NCBI GenBank assembly: GCA_030704615.1
Contig: CM060732.1
Span: 44,578,001 to 44,642,000 of the forward strand
DNA from: Takakia lepidozioides
Taxonomy: Eukaryota; Plantae; Bryophyta
Length of the DNA stretch: 64,000 bases
Reading direction: 5' to 3'
Positions 13,269 to 24,654 of the stretch are shown here, piece after piece. How positions within the stretch are numbered: the first letter of the stretch is position 1; each line of letters begins with the position of its first letter. Position numbers and translations under genes: made by a program. The notes under the pieces were generated by a model. That model made no database searches. It was given only the letters and a program-made list of their open reading frames with translations, and was not told where the DNA came from.

Positions 13269-13293
13269 CTCTCTCTCTCTCTCTCTCTCTCTC
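13269..13293. repeat. (CT)n microsatellite
   Basis: ctctctct... run immediately left of the TE nest. Confidence 0.9.
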
Positions 13294-13315
13294 CCCAGCA
13301 CATTTTTAAAGTCTT

Positions 13316-13736
13316 TGTCATGGTTTTAGTCAAGGTTATCTAGAATTATCTACTTCTAGTTAACTAGGACATTTTAGATATTTATATTTATATTTTGTGT
13401 GTTGGGACTTCATTGGGTCTCACATGCCAAGTGAGGTGTCGAGCCTCACTTGGGACATGGAGATAGGTTTTCCCCTTGTGAGGATGGAGGAGGCTCATCT
13501 TCTTGTAGTTGAGCCTCCATAAGCTTCTCTCACCTCCATAGCTCTAGGTATTGAGAGGGAGTGTGTTGAGGGCTTTGTAAGGTGGATTCCCTTAGCAAGG
13601 GTGTCCTTGGCTTGACTTAGTTTATGTGATAGAGTGGATTTCACTTGGAAGGACTAGGGCTTGTTCTTAGTGTGATTGCTTCATGCTTTAAGAGTTTTCA
13701 TTGTCTTCCACTTCTCTCATTTCTCATCTCTTATCA
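13316..13736 (+). repeat. 5' LTR core, family B copy 1
   Basis: Homologous to 35999-36366 and 45716-46136; TG...CA ends. Confidence 0.85.
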
Positions 13737-15794
13737 CTACAAGAAGATCATCGTATGCTTATGAGTGCGGAGTGTAAGGATTAGTTTTGCACTTGTATGT
13801 TAAAGAGGTTGAGAGCTAGGAGAATTTAGCTCTTGTATCACAAGGCTTGCAAGGGGTTGCAATGAAAGGTGCTCGAGTGTTGCATGCACCAAGGAGTTTG
13901 AGAGTTTGAGAAGAAAGCTCTTGAGTCACGAGATTTTGCAAGGATTGCAAAGAGGAAGTCTTGTGTGTGTGGAAGCATGGATTCTAGGGTTTGAGAATCA
14001 TTTATATGCATTATGGAGTCAATGGTGTGCGCCATGGCTTGTGGAGAGTGACTAAAGGCTTGTTAGAGCTTATTTCACTATCAAGCTAGGGTTAAGCAAG
14101 TTCAAAGTGTGGATGTTGTGGAAAAGAAGTCAAGGAGCTACATAGGCTTGGGCTTGAAGACAACAAGGGCAAGTACTTGAAATCACTAAGAAGCTCAAGA
14201 GGTTTTGAAGGAAGCATATGAAGAAATCTTCCAATCATGGTGGTGTGGAGCCAAGCTTAGGGCGCCATTGGAAGGGCTTGGAGAACATATGGTGGGAAAT
14301 CCTTGAAGGAAAATCATCATTCAATGTATGCATAGCTTCACTCTAACTATGTAATGTGACAAGAGGGGGAGACAATACTTGGCTATTCATGCTCTGGTAG
14401 TGCGAGCTTTATGGTGGATAGTTGACTAAGCAAGTGGTGCATATGTGGAGCATGCTGGGCAGTTGCAGGATTGGGTGGATCAAAAGCGGCACATGTTGAG
14501 TCCATTGGAAGTCCATGGAATTTTATTTTTTTGAATCTATTACTTTCAGTTTATTTTTAAAAAAAAAAGATAGTAGTATATATAACATTTTTAGTAAAGA
14601 GTCCTTCCTCAAAGATTGAAAACATTCTTTAGTAGATATTTAATCTTTAATTTGAAAAAACATTTAGACATCAAAATCTAGAGTTTACAACCACTTGTCC
14701 ATATACCATCTAGCACCTCTAGATTATAGGTTTGTATGTCTTTTTAGTAACAAGAAGACACCTCAAAAACCCAAAACATAAGATGTTATGGACTAGAGCA
14801 AATCAACCTATTTTTAGGTGCAAAATAGTCCATAGCTCTCAATTCCTAAGACAATTAGTCCACATAAAAGTGGATTTGGGTTGGATTTAAAAATGGCACC
14901 CCTAGTGTGTTTTCCTTTGTGTCATTGTATGAGTGTACATGATGTTTTTTCAGTCCATAAGATTTTATGTGTAACATCTGCAGTCCACAGTAATCAACTT
15001 GAAAAGTCCATGGCTCTCTGGTACATCATTGTTTTTGCAATCTAACAATTGGTATACATACCTATTGTAGTTGGAAAGCCTACACCATATAAATTTAGAT
15101 GAAATATTGAGTTGTTGAATAAATATGGGTAAAACCATGTAGGGAGGTCACTGCAGAAACTGCCATGTTACGCAAAAACTGAGACACCCAATCCTACAAA
15201 TACCCTGCTCTCTTGAGTTTGTAAGTTCAAGTTTGAGAAGGGGAGCTCTTGAACTAGCAAGAGGTGAAGGCCTTGAGATCCATTTGTGTGTGAAGTGGAG
15301 AGGTGTTGATTCATGTTATGATGAAGGAGAGCAACACATAGGCCAAGAGGTCATGGAACATGCATTCAAATGACCAAGGGGAGCACATGGATGATGGATT
15401 GGTGCAAGATCCCAAATGAGGCATATGGCGTGAGAGTGGGATCCAAGGCGGATTGCTTGGGAGCATTATTGTAAGTGACAAGCATTGCTCCTACACATTG
15501 AGATAATTTGTGTTGATTTGGAGCAATTGTCAAGTGATGAGGAGACAAATGCATGATTGCTCGGCAATGGAGATATGGTAGTTTGCAATCAAATACCAAA
15601 GACTAGAATGGGGATTGATTTGGTGGACAATGATTTGCAAGTTGAATTGGACCACTCTTGGTTGCACATTGGGGTGGAAGAGAGCAAGAAAGATGCCTCT
15701 TATGACCACCTAGAGACATATTTTTGCTTGAGTAGAAGCATAGAAGTCAAGGACTTGCATTCTAGCTCTTCATTTCAAACCCTAGTAGTGTATG

Positions 15795-16192
15795 CTCAGA
15801 CTATACCTCTGTTAGTATGCCAAATAGGAGCTTGTCCCTTTGACTATACCTCTGTTGAGGTATCGCCATATGTGAACCCTAATGTGAGACTATACCTCTG
15901 TTAGTATACCAAACAAGAGCTTGTCCATTTTACTATACCTCTATTGAGATATCACCATATATGAACCCTAATCAGCTCAGACTATACCTCTGTTAGTATA
16001 CCAAACAGGAGCTTGTCCCTTTTATTATACCTGTGTTGAGGTATCACCATATGTGGACCCTAATCAGCTCAGACTATACCTCTCTTAGTATACCAAACAG
16101 AACCCTCATTTTCAGACTATACCTCTGTAAAGGTATCATCAACATAAGAGACCCTAGCAACCTCAGACTATACCTCCGTTAAGGTATCAACA
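15795..16192 (+). repeat. Tandem repeat (~90-bp unit built from AGACTATACCTCTGTT subunits) in the leader of copy 1
   Basis: ctcagactatacctctgttagtat.ccaaa.aggagcttgtccctttgactatacctctgttgaggtatc.ccatat.tg.accctaat occurs about 4 times. Confidence 0.85.
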
Positions 16193-16983
16193 TTGAAAGG
16201 ACTTCGTGAAATTTAAGGGCTTTTGGAGGATTGTTTGGAAGATATTTGAGGGCCCTTGGAGGAGTGTTTGGAGGATCTTTGGGGTCCTTGGAGGAGTATT
16301 GGATCCTACCCTTGGAGGAGCTTTGGTGGACATGTTGAAGAGCTCTTGAAGGATTGATTGAGGGATATTTGAAGGATAGTACTTGCCACGGCCATACAAG
16401 CGAGTGGATAGAGACAGGAGGGAGAGTGGTGAGATGAGAGCATTCTGGGGCTAGGAATTGCTTTAGTTTCTCTTCTCCATAGTCTTTCACCATCTCTGTA
16501 GGCCAAAACCTTTCCGGAGGTGGAGGCAAGAGTCAGTCCGAGTTTGGGTTGGGGTGTCCTTGCTGGAGCGACACTGTGGAGTGTTTTTGGTGTGAAGGAG
16601 TTGTTGTCTTGATTTTCTTGTGTTTGGATCCCCTCCACACCTGCATGTTTGACTGTGCGCCATGTTTAGCTTTGTGTGGGCGCTTATTTTCCTAGGAGGT
16701 TGGTCCGGATTTGATCACCGGCCAATCCTAGAATATGTTGTCGGTGGTGAGGCTGGAGTGATGACCAGCAAGACCAACGGTGTTTCTTCTATGGTGAGGC
16801 TGGGTTGATGACCAGCAGACCATAGGAGTGTTTGCGGTGGATGCAAGTGCAGGTACAGGTCTACGTTTGAAACCTATTATTCCTGCTTGAACCAGTAGCC
16901 GCAACAGGTTCTCTACCCGGTTACCTTGTAGAAAGTGGGAATTAGAGACAGGTTGACAACCGGTTGGGTTGTGAGTTTTCATC

Positions 16984-19900
16984 ATGGAGGTGCCACCAGT
17001 TGTTGAGGGGAGTGCTGGTACAAGCACCAGCAAAACTAGTGGGTACACAAGACGAGGTGTGCGGTTTAGGCCACCTTCACCTTCAGTGTCTTCTGAAGAA
17101 GGTTCAGACTCGGAGTCAGGAGGATTCTCGCCGAGGGTGCAAGTCATTTCCGTGCCATTGTTGTGGGACACAATGGAGGAGATGTATGGAGCTACCAAGG
17201 GGCCACGTAGGTACTTTGGAGCTGTGGGCACCATCGAGCTTGATGACTTCATACAAGAGTTTGACAATTGGTGTGATTTGCAGCAAATGCGCAATCCACA
17301 ACTATTTACGCCCACTATGTCTCCATCACTAGAGGCACAAGGGCAGCGACGACACCAGCAGCTAAACAAACATCTCCAACTACAAGCACTAGTAGTGGGA
17401 CAAGTGGTACAGGAGCTGGGAAATCCACTCAAGCTCCTGCTGTAGCACCAGCACCCATGCCTGCCTTTAACCCTGTTGTGGAGTTCTTCGAGGAGTTGAG
17501 GAGAAACTACTAAGGGATAAGGACAGAGAAGTTGTGGAGCTTGCAAGAGTTCCAACAAAGGCCTACTGAGAGTTTGAGGGAGGCTTACACTCGCATAAGG
17601 CGCTTGATAAACGTAACCCAAGGGGTTATTGAAGCTCAGGCAATCCAATTCTGGTATGGGATCCTAGACAAGAAGCTGAGGAGAAGGGTGCGGGATGCAA
17701 CTCTCCTACAAGTAGCCCAACCCACCCTAGCAAATGTGTTTTTGCTGGCAGAGCGGATAGAACTCAATATGGTGGAGGAGCGGGTGGTTTATATGGTGGG
17801 ATTTGGCAAGGAGACACAACGAAGTGGAGTTCCTAGCCAACAACAACCAACTCCCTAACTTGCTCAAGGCAACAAGGGGGCTCAGATAAAGCCCAGGGAA
17901 TGAACGGTGGGCATTGTGGAACGTATGGGCATGAGGAGGCCCACTGTTATGACTTGCATCCTGAGCTACGGCCAGGCCAGTTCCAAGGAAACAATGGTGG
18001 CCGAGGACGAGACAATATAGTACAGAGAGGTAGGTCATGGTGGAGGTCGTAACCAAAACCAAGGAGCACAGGATCAGGGTCAAGGTCATGACCAAGGCAT
18101 GATGGATAGACTTGCCCAGCTGGAGCAACGTCTTGCTGCCATGGCCACTACTCATGTTGCGCCAGCTCAAAGGCATGAGGTTCAAGCCCCACATGCACAA
18201 CCTCATATGTCTAGGGAAGACCAGATTGGTATGGGCTTCATGTGTGGAGCCGCACTTGCAGGGCCATTGCATGTATTGGACTCTGCTGCTGCTGTCACTC
18301 GAGCAACAACGCGTGCTCCTGAGCCAAGAGGAGCGGATATGGATTTTGATCCACAAAGGGAGGAAACAAGTCGTCAGACAAGGCTTCCACAGTCCTTTAC
18401 ATTGGCTGAGACAGTGCCACCTATGCCATCAATGACACCCGCTCGCCCAAGTGTGTCAGAGGTAGAGCCACGAGTATCAGTGGGGAGAGTTGGTCTGGCT
18501 CGGGAAATGCCAGTGGGTGGTGCTGCAAAGCAAGGTGCAGCCAGTACATTGTTGGGGGCGGCTACGGCGGTTTGCCAAGCTCCATTATTTTCTGTAATGA
18601 CCATTGCAATGCCAGGGATTCGGCCAGCTGTTGTGTTCAGACTAGCAGCTAGACTCTGTGAGAGTGGTGATGCATCGACACTATCTGCAGGGATAGCGGA
18701 TAATATGTAGTGCATGGATGCCCTGGACTCAAAGGTGAAGACAGCCACAGCTGCACCATGGCAAGCGGCAGCTACAAGGTTGTAGGAGTTGCCAGCTAGG
18801 CCAACCATTGAGTGTAGTATGGTGACTCCTGGGGTAGTCCTGGTGGACAATCAGGATGGAGTGTTTCAATTGGGTGGCCCAACCAGGAGGAGGTATAGGC
18901 CACTACGGGTTTTGTTGGACTCGGGAGCATAGCCATTGATGTTGGGGAGAGCAGCAATTGCAGGCTTGGGCCTTACAGAGGCGGATTTGGAGCCTTGCCC
19001 TTTCCAAATTCAAACATCTTTGGGCGGTTCAGAGAAGGCACGAGGGATTACACGCCATGAGCTCTTCATTCGATTGCAGCCAGATCATCCTATAGATGGC
19101 TCTGTCATGAGAGCTAAAGCCATTGTTACGGACGCGATGTCTTATGATCATGTGCTTGTTGGTGGGGCTGTGTTATACCCAATGGGTTTTACTTTAGACT
19201 TTTGGGAGGAAACGACATCCTACAAGCTGGAATGGCAGTCCGGGGATGGTCGATGTGCACTGCTCCCTGTGCGGTTTATTGGGATTGTAGCGGTGGATCA
19301 TATGAACATGATGCCCACATTGGCTGCATTCTCAGGGGTGGTGGCTTGGGGTGGTGAGCTCTTGGAGGGTAATAGCCATGCAGATGATAGGCCACCACCT
19401 GATGAGGACAAACAATTGGCATACAAGGCTGATTTGCTTCCTCATGTGCCTGTTCATATTCCACTGTGGGGTACAGTTGGGAATTTGCATCGAGTAGTAG
19501 GCGAGTGTGTGCACCAATCATGGCAGGAGGCCTATCCATTGGTGAGTGATGGGAGTTCAATGACATCACCCAGACTTCCTCAGTTAGCTCATTTGGACAC
19601 AATGCCCATTACCTGGCAACCACTTGACTCGGGGATTTGTTTGCTAGACATGTTTGGAGGCATGAGCACTGGGCTTACAGGAGTGTTATAAACAGGGATT
19701 AAAGTACGCAAGTACTTGTATGTGGAGAAGGTTGAGATAGCTCGGCGTATTTCTATACGTCACATCGCCTTGCTCACACACCGGTATCCTGAGTTGTTGC
19801 CTCTCTCAGCAATTCAAGGGTATCAAAAGGCCTTGCCAGCAGACATTACCTTGTTGGGGGCGGATGATTTGGACCGGCATGGTGCCATTGACTTGGTGAT

Positions 19901-20934
19901 AGCTGGATGGCGTTGCCAAGGACACTCTCCCGCAGGTCATGGGAATGGCTTGCATGATGCACGATCGCATTTGTTTTGGGAGATGTTGAGAGTGTTGCGT
20001 GACTTGCAGACGAGGCAAGTGCAAGCTCTAGCCTATATCTTGGAAAATATTCCTCTTATGGGGAACTCTCGGGCCAGGGTTATGGCCAGTGTGCATCAGG
20101 TGCGGTCTTGGATTGGATCGGCGGTACTATTGGATGCAGCAGCGGTGGGATCACGAGTGCATCGACCTCGATTGTGGTGGACCAATCTTGCACCACCAGA
20201 GCTGCTCAAGAGAGCATACGATTCCATTCAACGGCCACCCAATCTCACAGTTGAGGGCATTTTGGACCAAGGGAGGCAACCACAGAGGGTGCGACATGAT
20301 GACCGTCCACCTCTAGCAGTGGTAAATCGAGTGGGGCAGCCACGTGCAGCCTACGCTACGCTCATAAGCTTTCGTCTCATGAATTTCAAGACTATGGTCC
20401 TGGGCTGATCTGGGACAACGTGCTACAACAATTGGTGGAGCCCAATGCGGATGAGCGAGAGCGGGCAATGGGATTTGCCACGGGCACTACAGCTGTGTCA
20501 GCTCTGTCAAATGCATCACGACGCCAGGTGTTGGGTCAGGCAATGGATCTCAATTGCTTGACATGGGTCATTGGCTTGTGCATGGCTGAGCAACAAAGAT
20601 TGCAAGCATTGGTGGCTACTTCTGCACTTCCATTGGATATTGCACCAACTCTGCCAACCGGGACGGTAGAGGCATTGAGTGGGGGCGAGCACGGGATCAT
20701 GGGGTGCAAACACCCATGGCAAATGTAGGATGAGATGCGCAAAGAGAGAGTCATTGGATCTCTCAAGCAGCAGTATGAGGAGTGGGGAGAGCCATACACT
20801 GCGGATCAGTTGGAGGCCAAGGTGACCAATGTTTTTGAAAGCTTGAGAATGTATCTTCCCCAGAGGATGTTCTCAAGGTGGCTATGGCGGAGCAAGTGGA
20901 GGCTTCGCCACGATCAGGGTGGGCGGATAAAGCC
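16984..20934 (+). pseudogene. Family B copy 1 gag-protease-DNA methyltransferase portion of polyprotein
   Basis: Gag (LDDFIQEFDNWCD; FQQRPTESLREAYTRIRRL), protease (VLLDSGA) and C5-MTase motifs; in-frame stops at several CAG>TAG sites. Confidence 0.85.
19634..20590 (+). pseudogene. DNMT3-like C5 cytosine methyltransferase domain within pol (copy 1)
   Basis: Motif I LLDMFGGMSTG, II YVE, III ADIT, IV DLVIAGWRCQGHS, V LFWEMLR, VI ILENI, VIII DAAAVGSRVHRPRLWWTNL, IX ERERAMGFATGTT, X RRQVLGQAM, in linear order. Confidence 0.85.
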
Positions 20935-20939
20935 TACAG

Positions 20940-21680
20940 TTGTGACATGGCAGATATGACTCTCCGGGCTGGCTGTCACGTGGCGCCAGAGCAGCTGTGG
21001 GGGTAGTCATACACGCTGGCATTACTGAATGACTGAACGGACAGTGTAGTCCATGTCAGCCGCGATGTCAGACAGACACGTGGTGGCTACAGAACATGCC
21101 ACGTGTCAGACTGCGACGCCAGCCCTCACTGCCAGCTATGACAGCGGACGAGGGAATTAAACGACAGCACGTGTCGCGTCATAGAAGAAACGCGTGGTGC
21201 GACATATCATTGCCACGTGTCACTATGGGGGACGGGGCTTCGCAGTCACATGTATGTCTTCATGGGGGAAATTTGGGGTCAACACGTGGCAGGCATCTGG
21301 GGACACCATATGCCACGTTCGTGTGTGCCCACGTGCTGGACTTTCGAGAGCTGTGGTGGATTCTTGCCAGTCATACCTACGACTGGCGCAGTACGGTATA
21401 TTCCATGAACAGGGGATTCCATGAGGACGTTGTAGTCCCAGGTGTTGCCACGTGTAAAATCCTCTAAACCTCACGTGCTGCTTCGTAGACATACATTTGA
21501 CTGGACGTTCTGCATATGGAGTCATAGGACCAACTGCGCGGGGACCTTAGGGGGTCACGTGTCGGAATGTAATATGCTCATACACGTATCATATTGGGTT
21601 CGGTACTCATGGTTATGACTCTAGACGGACACGTGGATATGCCACAGAGGCAGCCAGGGGTGCCACGTGCATGTGCCATA
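20940..21680. repeat. CACTA left subterminal repeat region (CACGTG/GCCACGTGTC and ATGACT/AGTCAT motifs)
   Basis: Dense copies of these motifs in both orientations; related motifs at 29320-29530 and 34860-35190. Confidence 0.7.
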
Positions 21681-22084
21681 CAACATCACAATCATGTATA
21701 CAGCAAGACTTTAGGCACAGAAGTGGCACAAAAAGTGGCACAGACGTAATTCTGAAAGACCACAATAGCAGCAACATCACCATCCAACATCACCATTATC
21801 AACCACATATGAACAGCAACAACATAACCAACCAGTGTGTGCAATGGGGACATACACCTACCTCCACATTGCTCATTAATGAGGCATAAGTTTGCAACAA
21901 CATGCATGAGAAAATCCAACATGTGATTGCTATCAAAATTGGACAGTCAATTCAGAGAAACTGTCACTACTATAAGTTACCGTAGTTGCCAAATCCGGAT
22001 GAGGCACAGGTGGAAATCCCCAAGAAATCCACGATGCTAGCCGACCTGCCTCATCTCTTTGTCTGCAAGGTCTTCACTAGTTTG

Positions 22085-22330
22085 TCACACAGAGTAATGT
22101 AAACCTACAGTGTCTCCCAACTCAGTGTGATGAGGCTTCATGGATTTGTTGTGATATGGTAGAGGGGCATTGGGAATGCGGACATCATCAATGTGGATGG
22201 CCACATAGCCTTCTAGCACAATAGGGTACCCTTCACTCACCTCCATCCTTGGAGACCAGCAATGCGGCCAGATCCGGCTGTTGATCGTGAAACAGTGTCT
22301 ATGAGCTTGACATGGTCTCCCCACACGAAC
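22085..22330 (-). pseudogene. CACTA TNP1/Transposase_23-like C-terminal domain fragment
   Basis: VKLIDTVSRSTAGSGRIAG ... GYPIVLEGYVAIHIDDVRIPNAPLP...ELGDTVG resembles the terminal domain of CACTA TnpA-type proteins (recognised by eye). Confidence 0.45.
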
Positions 22331-22782
22331 TGCCATCCCAGCCCAAACATGGCAGATTGCATGAGAATTGTGGAACATGGATCGTGGAACGTATTGTGTC
22401 TACAAGGTCTACAAGGAGCTAATAACAATTTGTCTATCTCCAGGTCGGGAAGGGGAGAATAGCAGATGCATACACTTACCCCATTCTGCGAATCAGGGAT
22501 CAGTGGTGTCGGCTTCCTCAAAGGGGTGAAGGTGTGCTGCCCTTTGATTTGGGGGGCCTCGTTCGTGGCCAAGCACCTACAACCAACCAACAAGCACCAA
22601 AAATGTATATTATCTACACTGGGAACTCAAATTCTAAACACAATAGATGCACCCAAACTGTCAATGCCTACAGTTGACACTCGACAGTAATTTGACAAAA
22701 CTCTATCACAACATGTTTTACTGCCACAACTTAAGCACAAATGAGGCTGGCAATGGCACAAGGGAGTCACACAAAAATGCCT

Positions 22783-23450
22783 CTAATGTCTGGCACTGTG
22801 TACCACACTACAAAGTATGTTACCTGGCGAGGCTGAATGGCTCGAGGGCTGATAGCTTGTTGCCCAAATGTGGAGTTGCCCTTTGAGATATTCTGGAATG
22901 CTCGGAGCCTTAGCTGCCCCCTCCAAGAAGGGCCATAAGCTGGTCAGAAGGAAATTATCATTGTGCGCCTCTACAGAACGACTTCTCCAAGGCAGTGGGA
23001 AAATGGCGTTGTATGCTGGATTTTTTGACCCCTTGTGCGGTGTGTCGTCAACAAGAAGAGTGGTTTTCAGGATTCCAGACACAATTGTCCCGCCACACTG
23101 TAGATAGGTTCTTCAGAAACCGTGGTTTCATGGGCAGGCTCCCATCCATGTCAGTGGACTGCTCACAATATCCCCCACCACTTGAATGCAAGGTCACGGT
23201 GCCATGGAAAAGCCAGCCCACTGTGGGTAGGAAGTTACGTGGTTGCATACAAGACCATGCTGCCACTTCAAAGTGTTCGAAACACTTGTCCAAAAAAGCT
23301 TTGCAACCAGGCCTTACAACGACCATCTTGCTACACATAATTTGTGCTCAAGGCCATTTGGAACACAAAACGCATTACCGCTCCCGACATGGACGCACTC
23401 ACACAGCAATCCATTAATATCTAGGATGAGCAAAATGCTTTGCCCTTCTC
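22783..23450 (-). pseudogene. FCP1/NIF-type HAD phosphatase domain carried by the CACTA element (two apparent frameshifts)
   Basis: LLILDINGLL (motif I variant), VVVRPGCKAFLDKCFEHFEVAAWS, FLKNLSTVW, TLLVDDTPHKGSKNPAYNAIFP, DNFL..LWPFLEG, spread over three frames. Confidence 0.75.
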
Positions 23451-24654
23451 CACTATTGTGTGCACGACATTCTCCGACATTAATTGAAGGTTGGGAGTGG
23501 AAGTGACAACCGTGGGGTGCTGGGGTAATCTGCCCGCGGGGGGAAACAAGGTCAATGTCCAGGGTTGTCTCAGATGCCCCCACCGCGACAGCAGCAGGGC
23601 CGGAGTTCGCAGGCGCCTCCACTACCGCACAGTGTGACAGAACTGCACGAGGACGCGTAAGTTCCTTGGTAGGGGTGTCGTCCCCTCCACCTGGGCCAAC
23701 ATGCTCCACTGCACAATCATCTCGAATGCATCAACGGAGTGACGTTACCTGGTGACATGCCAGGCAAATCAAAACCTGTCCTCTAGACGTCTTGAGGCTG
23801 AAGGGCCAGCGATGCACGAGCTGTTTGCTATGGATGAGCCCACTAAGGCAGGTGAGGAAATGCCTCCAAATTTCTCAGCCATGGCCTTCTGGTACATCAT
23901 CACATGCGATATTGTAGCCTTCAAATCCATCATATCTTTGTGTTGTGCACCTTGTGCTCTTTCCATATCCTCCACTTTGCGAGCAATTGCTGAATACCCA
24001 GAGGTCCCCTCCTGCCAGGTCCACGCAAGTCCATGAACAACATGAGAACATCATGCCGTTGGTAGGGAAATGCCTAGAACAAAATAATCGACAAAAATGG
24101 GAGAAAGAATGATCACGTGGATCTCACCATCCGCTCTCGCTGGTCAATGTTCTGCTTACTGAACCTTCCTGGATTTCATGCAACAATGGACTTCGGGCTC
24201 CTTTCGCTCCTTTGCCGCATTTGTCATGTACCAGCTCAGTATGCTAGCATGGTCAACATGACGAACGACATACCATTCTGTGACAACAGTGATTGAACAG
24301 AGGTTTGTCAGACATACTGTTGGGATGCAACCAATATTGGTATCCCCGCGCCACTAACCTAGTCACTATGTCTGCAGTAATACAGAGAGCTGAGTGACAA
24401 CAAATGCAGCTAGCTAATGCAGAAGAGTAATCACCAGCACAAACACTACCCTATGTTAATGACCACAAAAAGTCATGTTAACACTCACACTCACTCTCAC
24501 TATTGCAGTTTCAAATACTGCCCTGACATCATCATTGCACGACAACTCTGATCAGACCCTCCTCTATCCAACTTACAGATTGGTATGTGTAAAATGAGGA
24601 CCCACCCACTCACAACTTTGCCAGGTTCGGGTAATCCGGGGTTTTTTAGTAATC

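Noticed and set aside
13735-13747. CACTACAAGAAG as the missing left TIR of the CACTA element
   Set aside because: The same sequence occurs at the homologous position of copy 2 (~36365), so it is part of the Gypsy LTR/leader. It matches the right TIR for only 8 bp and has no subterminal repeats next to it.
19634-20590. Host DRM/DNMT3 gene or bacterial restriction-modification contaminant
   Set aside because: Intronless, continuous with protease and RT, and at the same position in two LTR-bounded copies within plant gene context.
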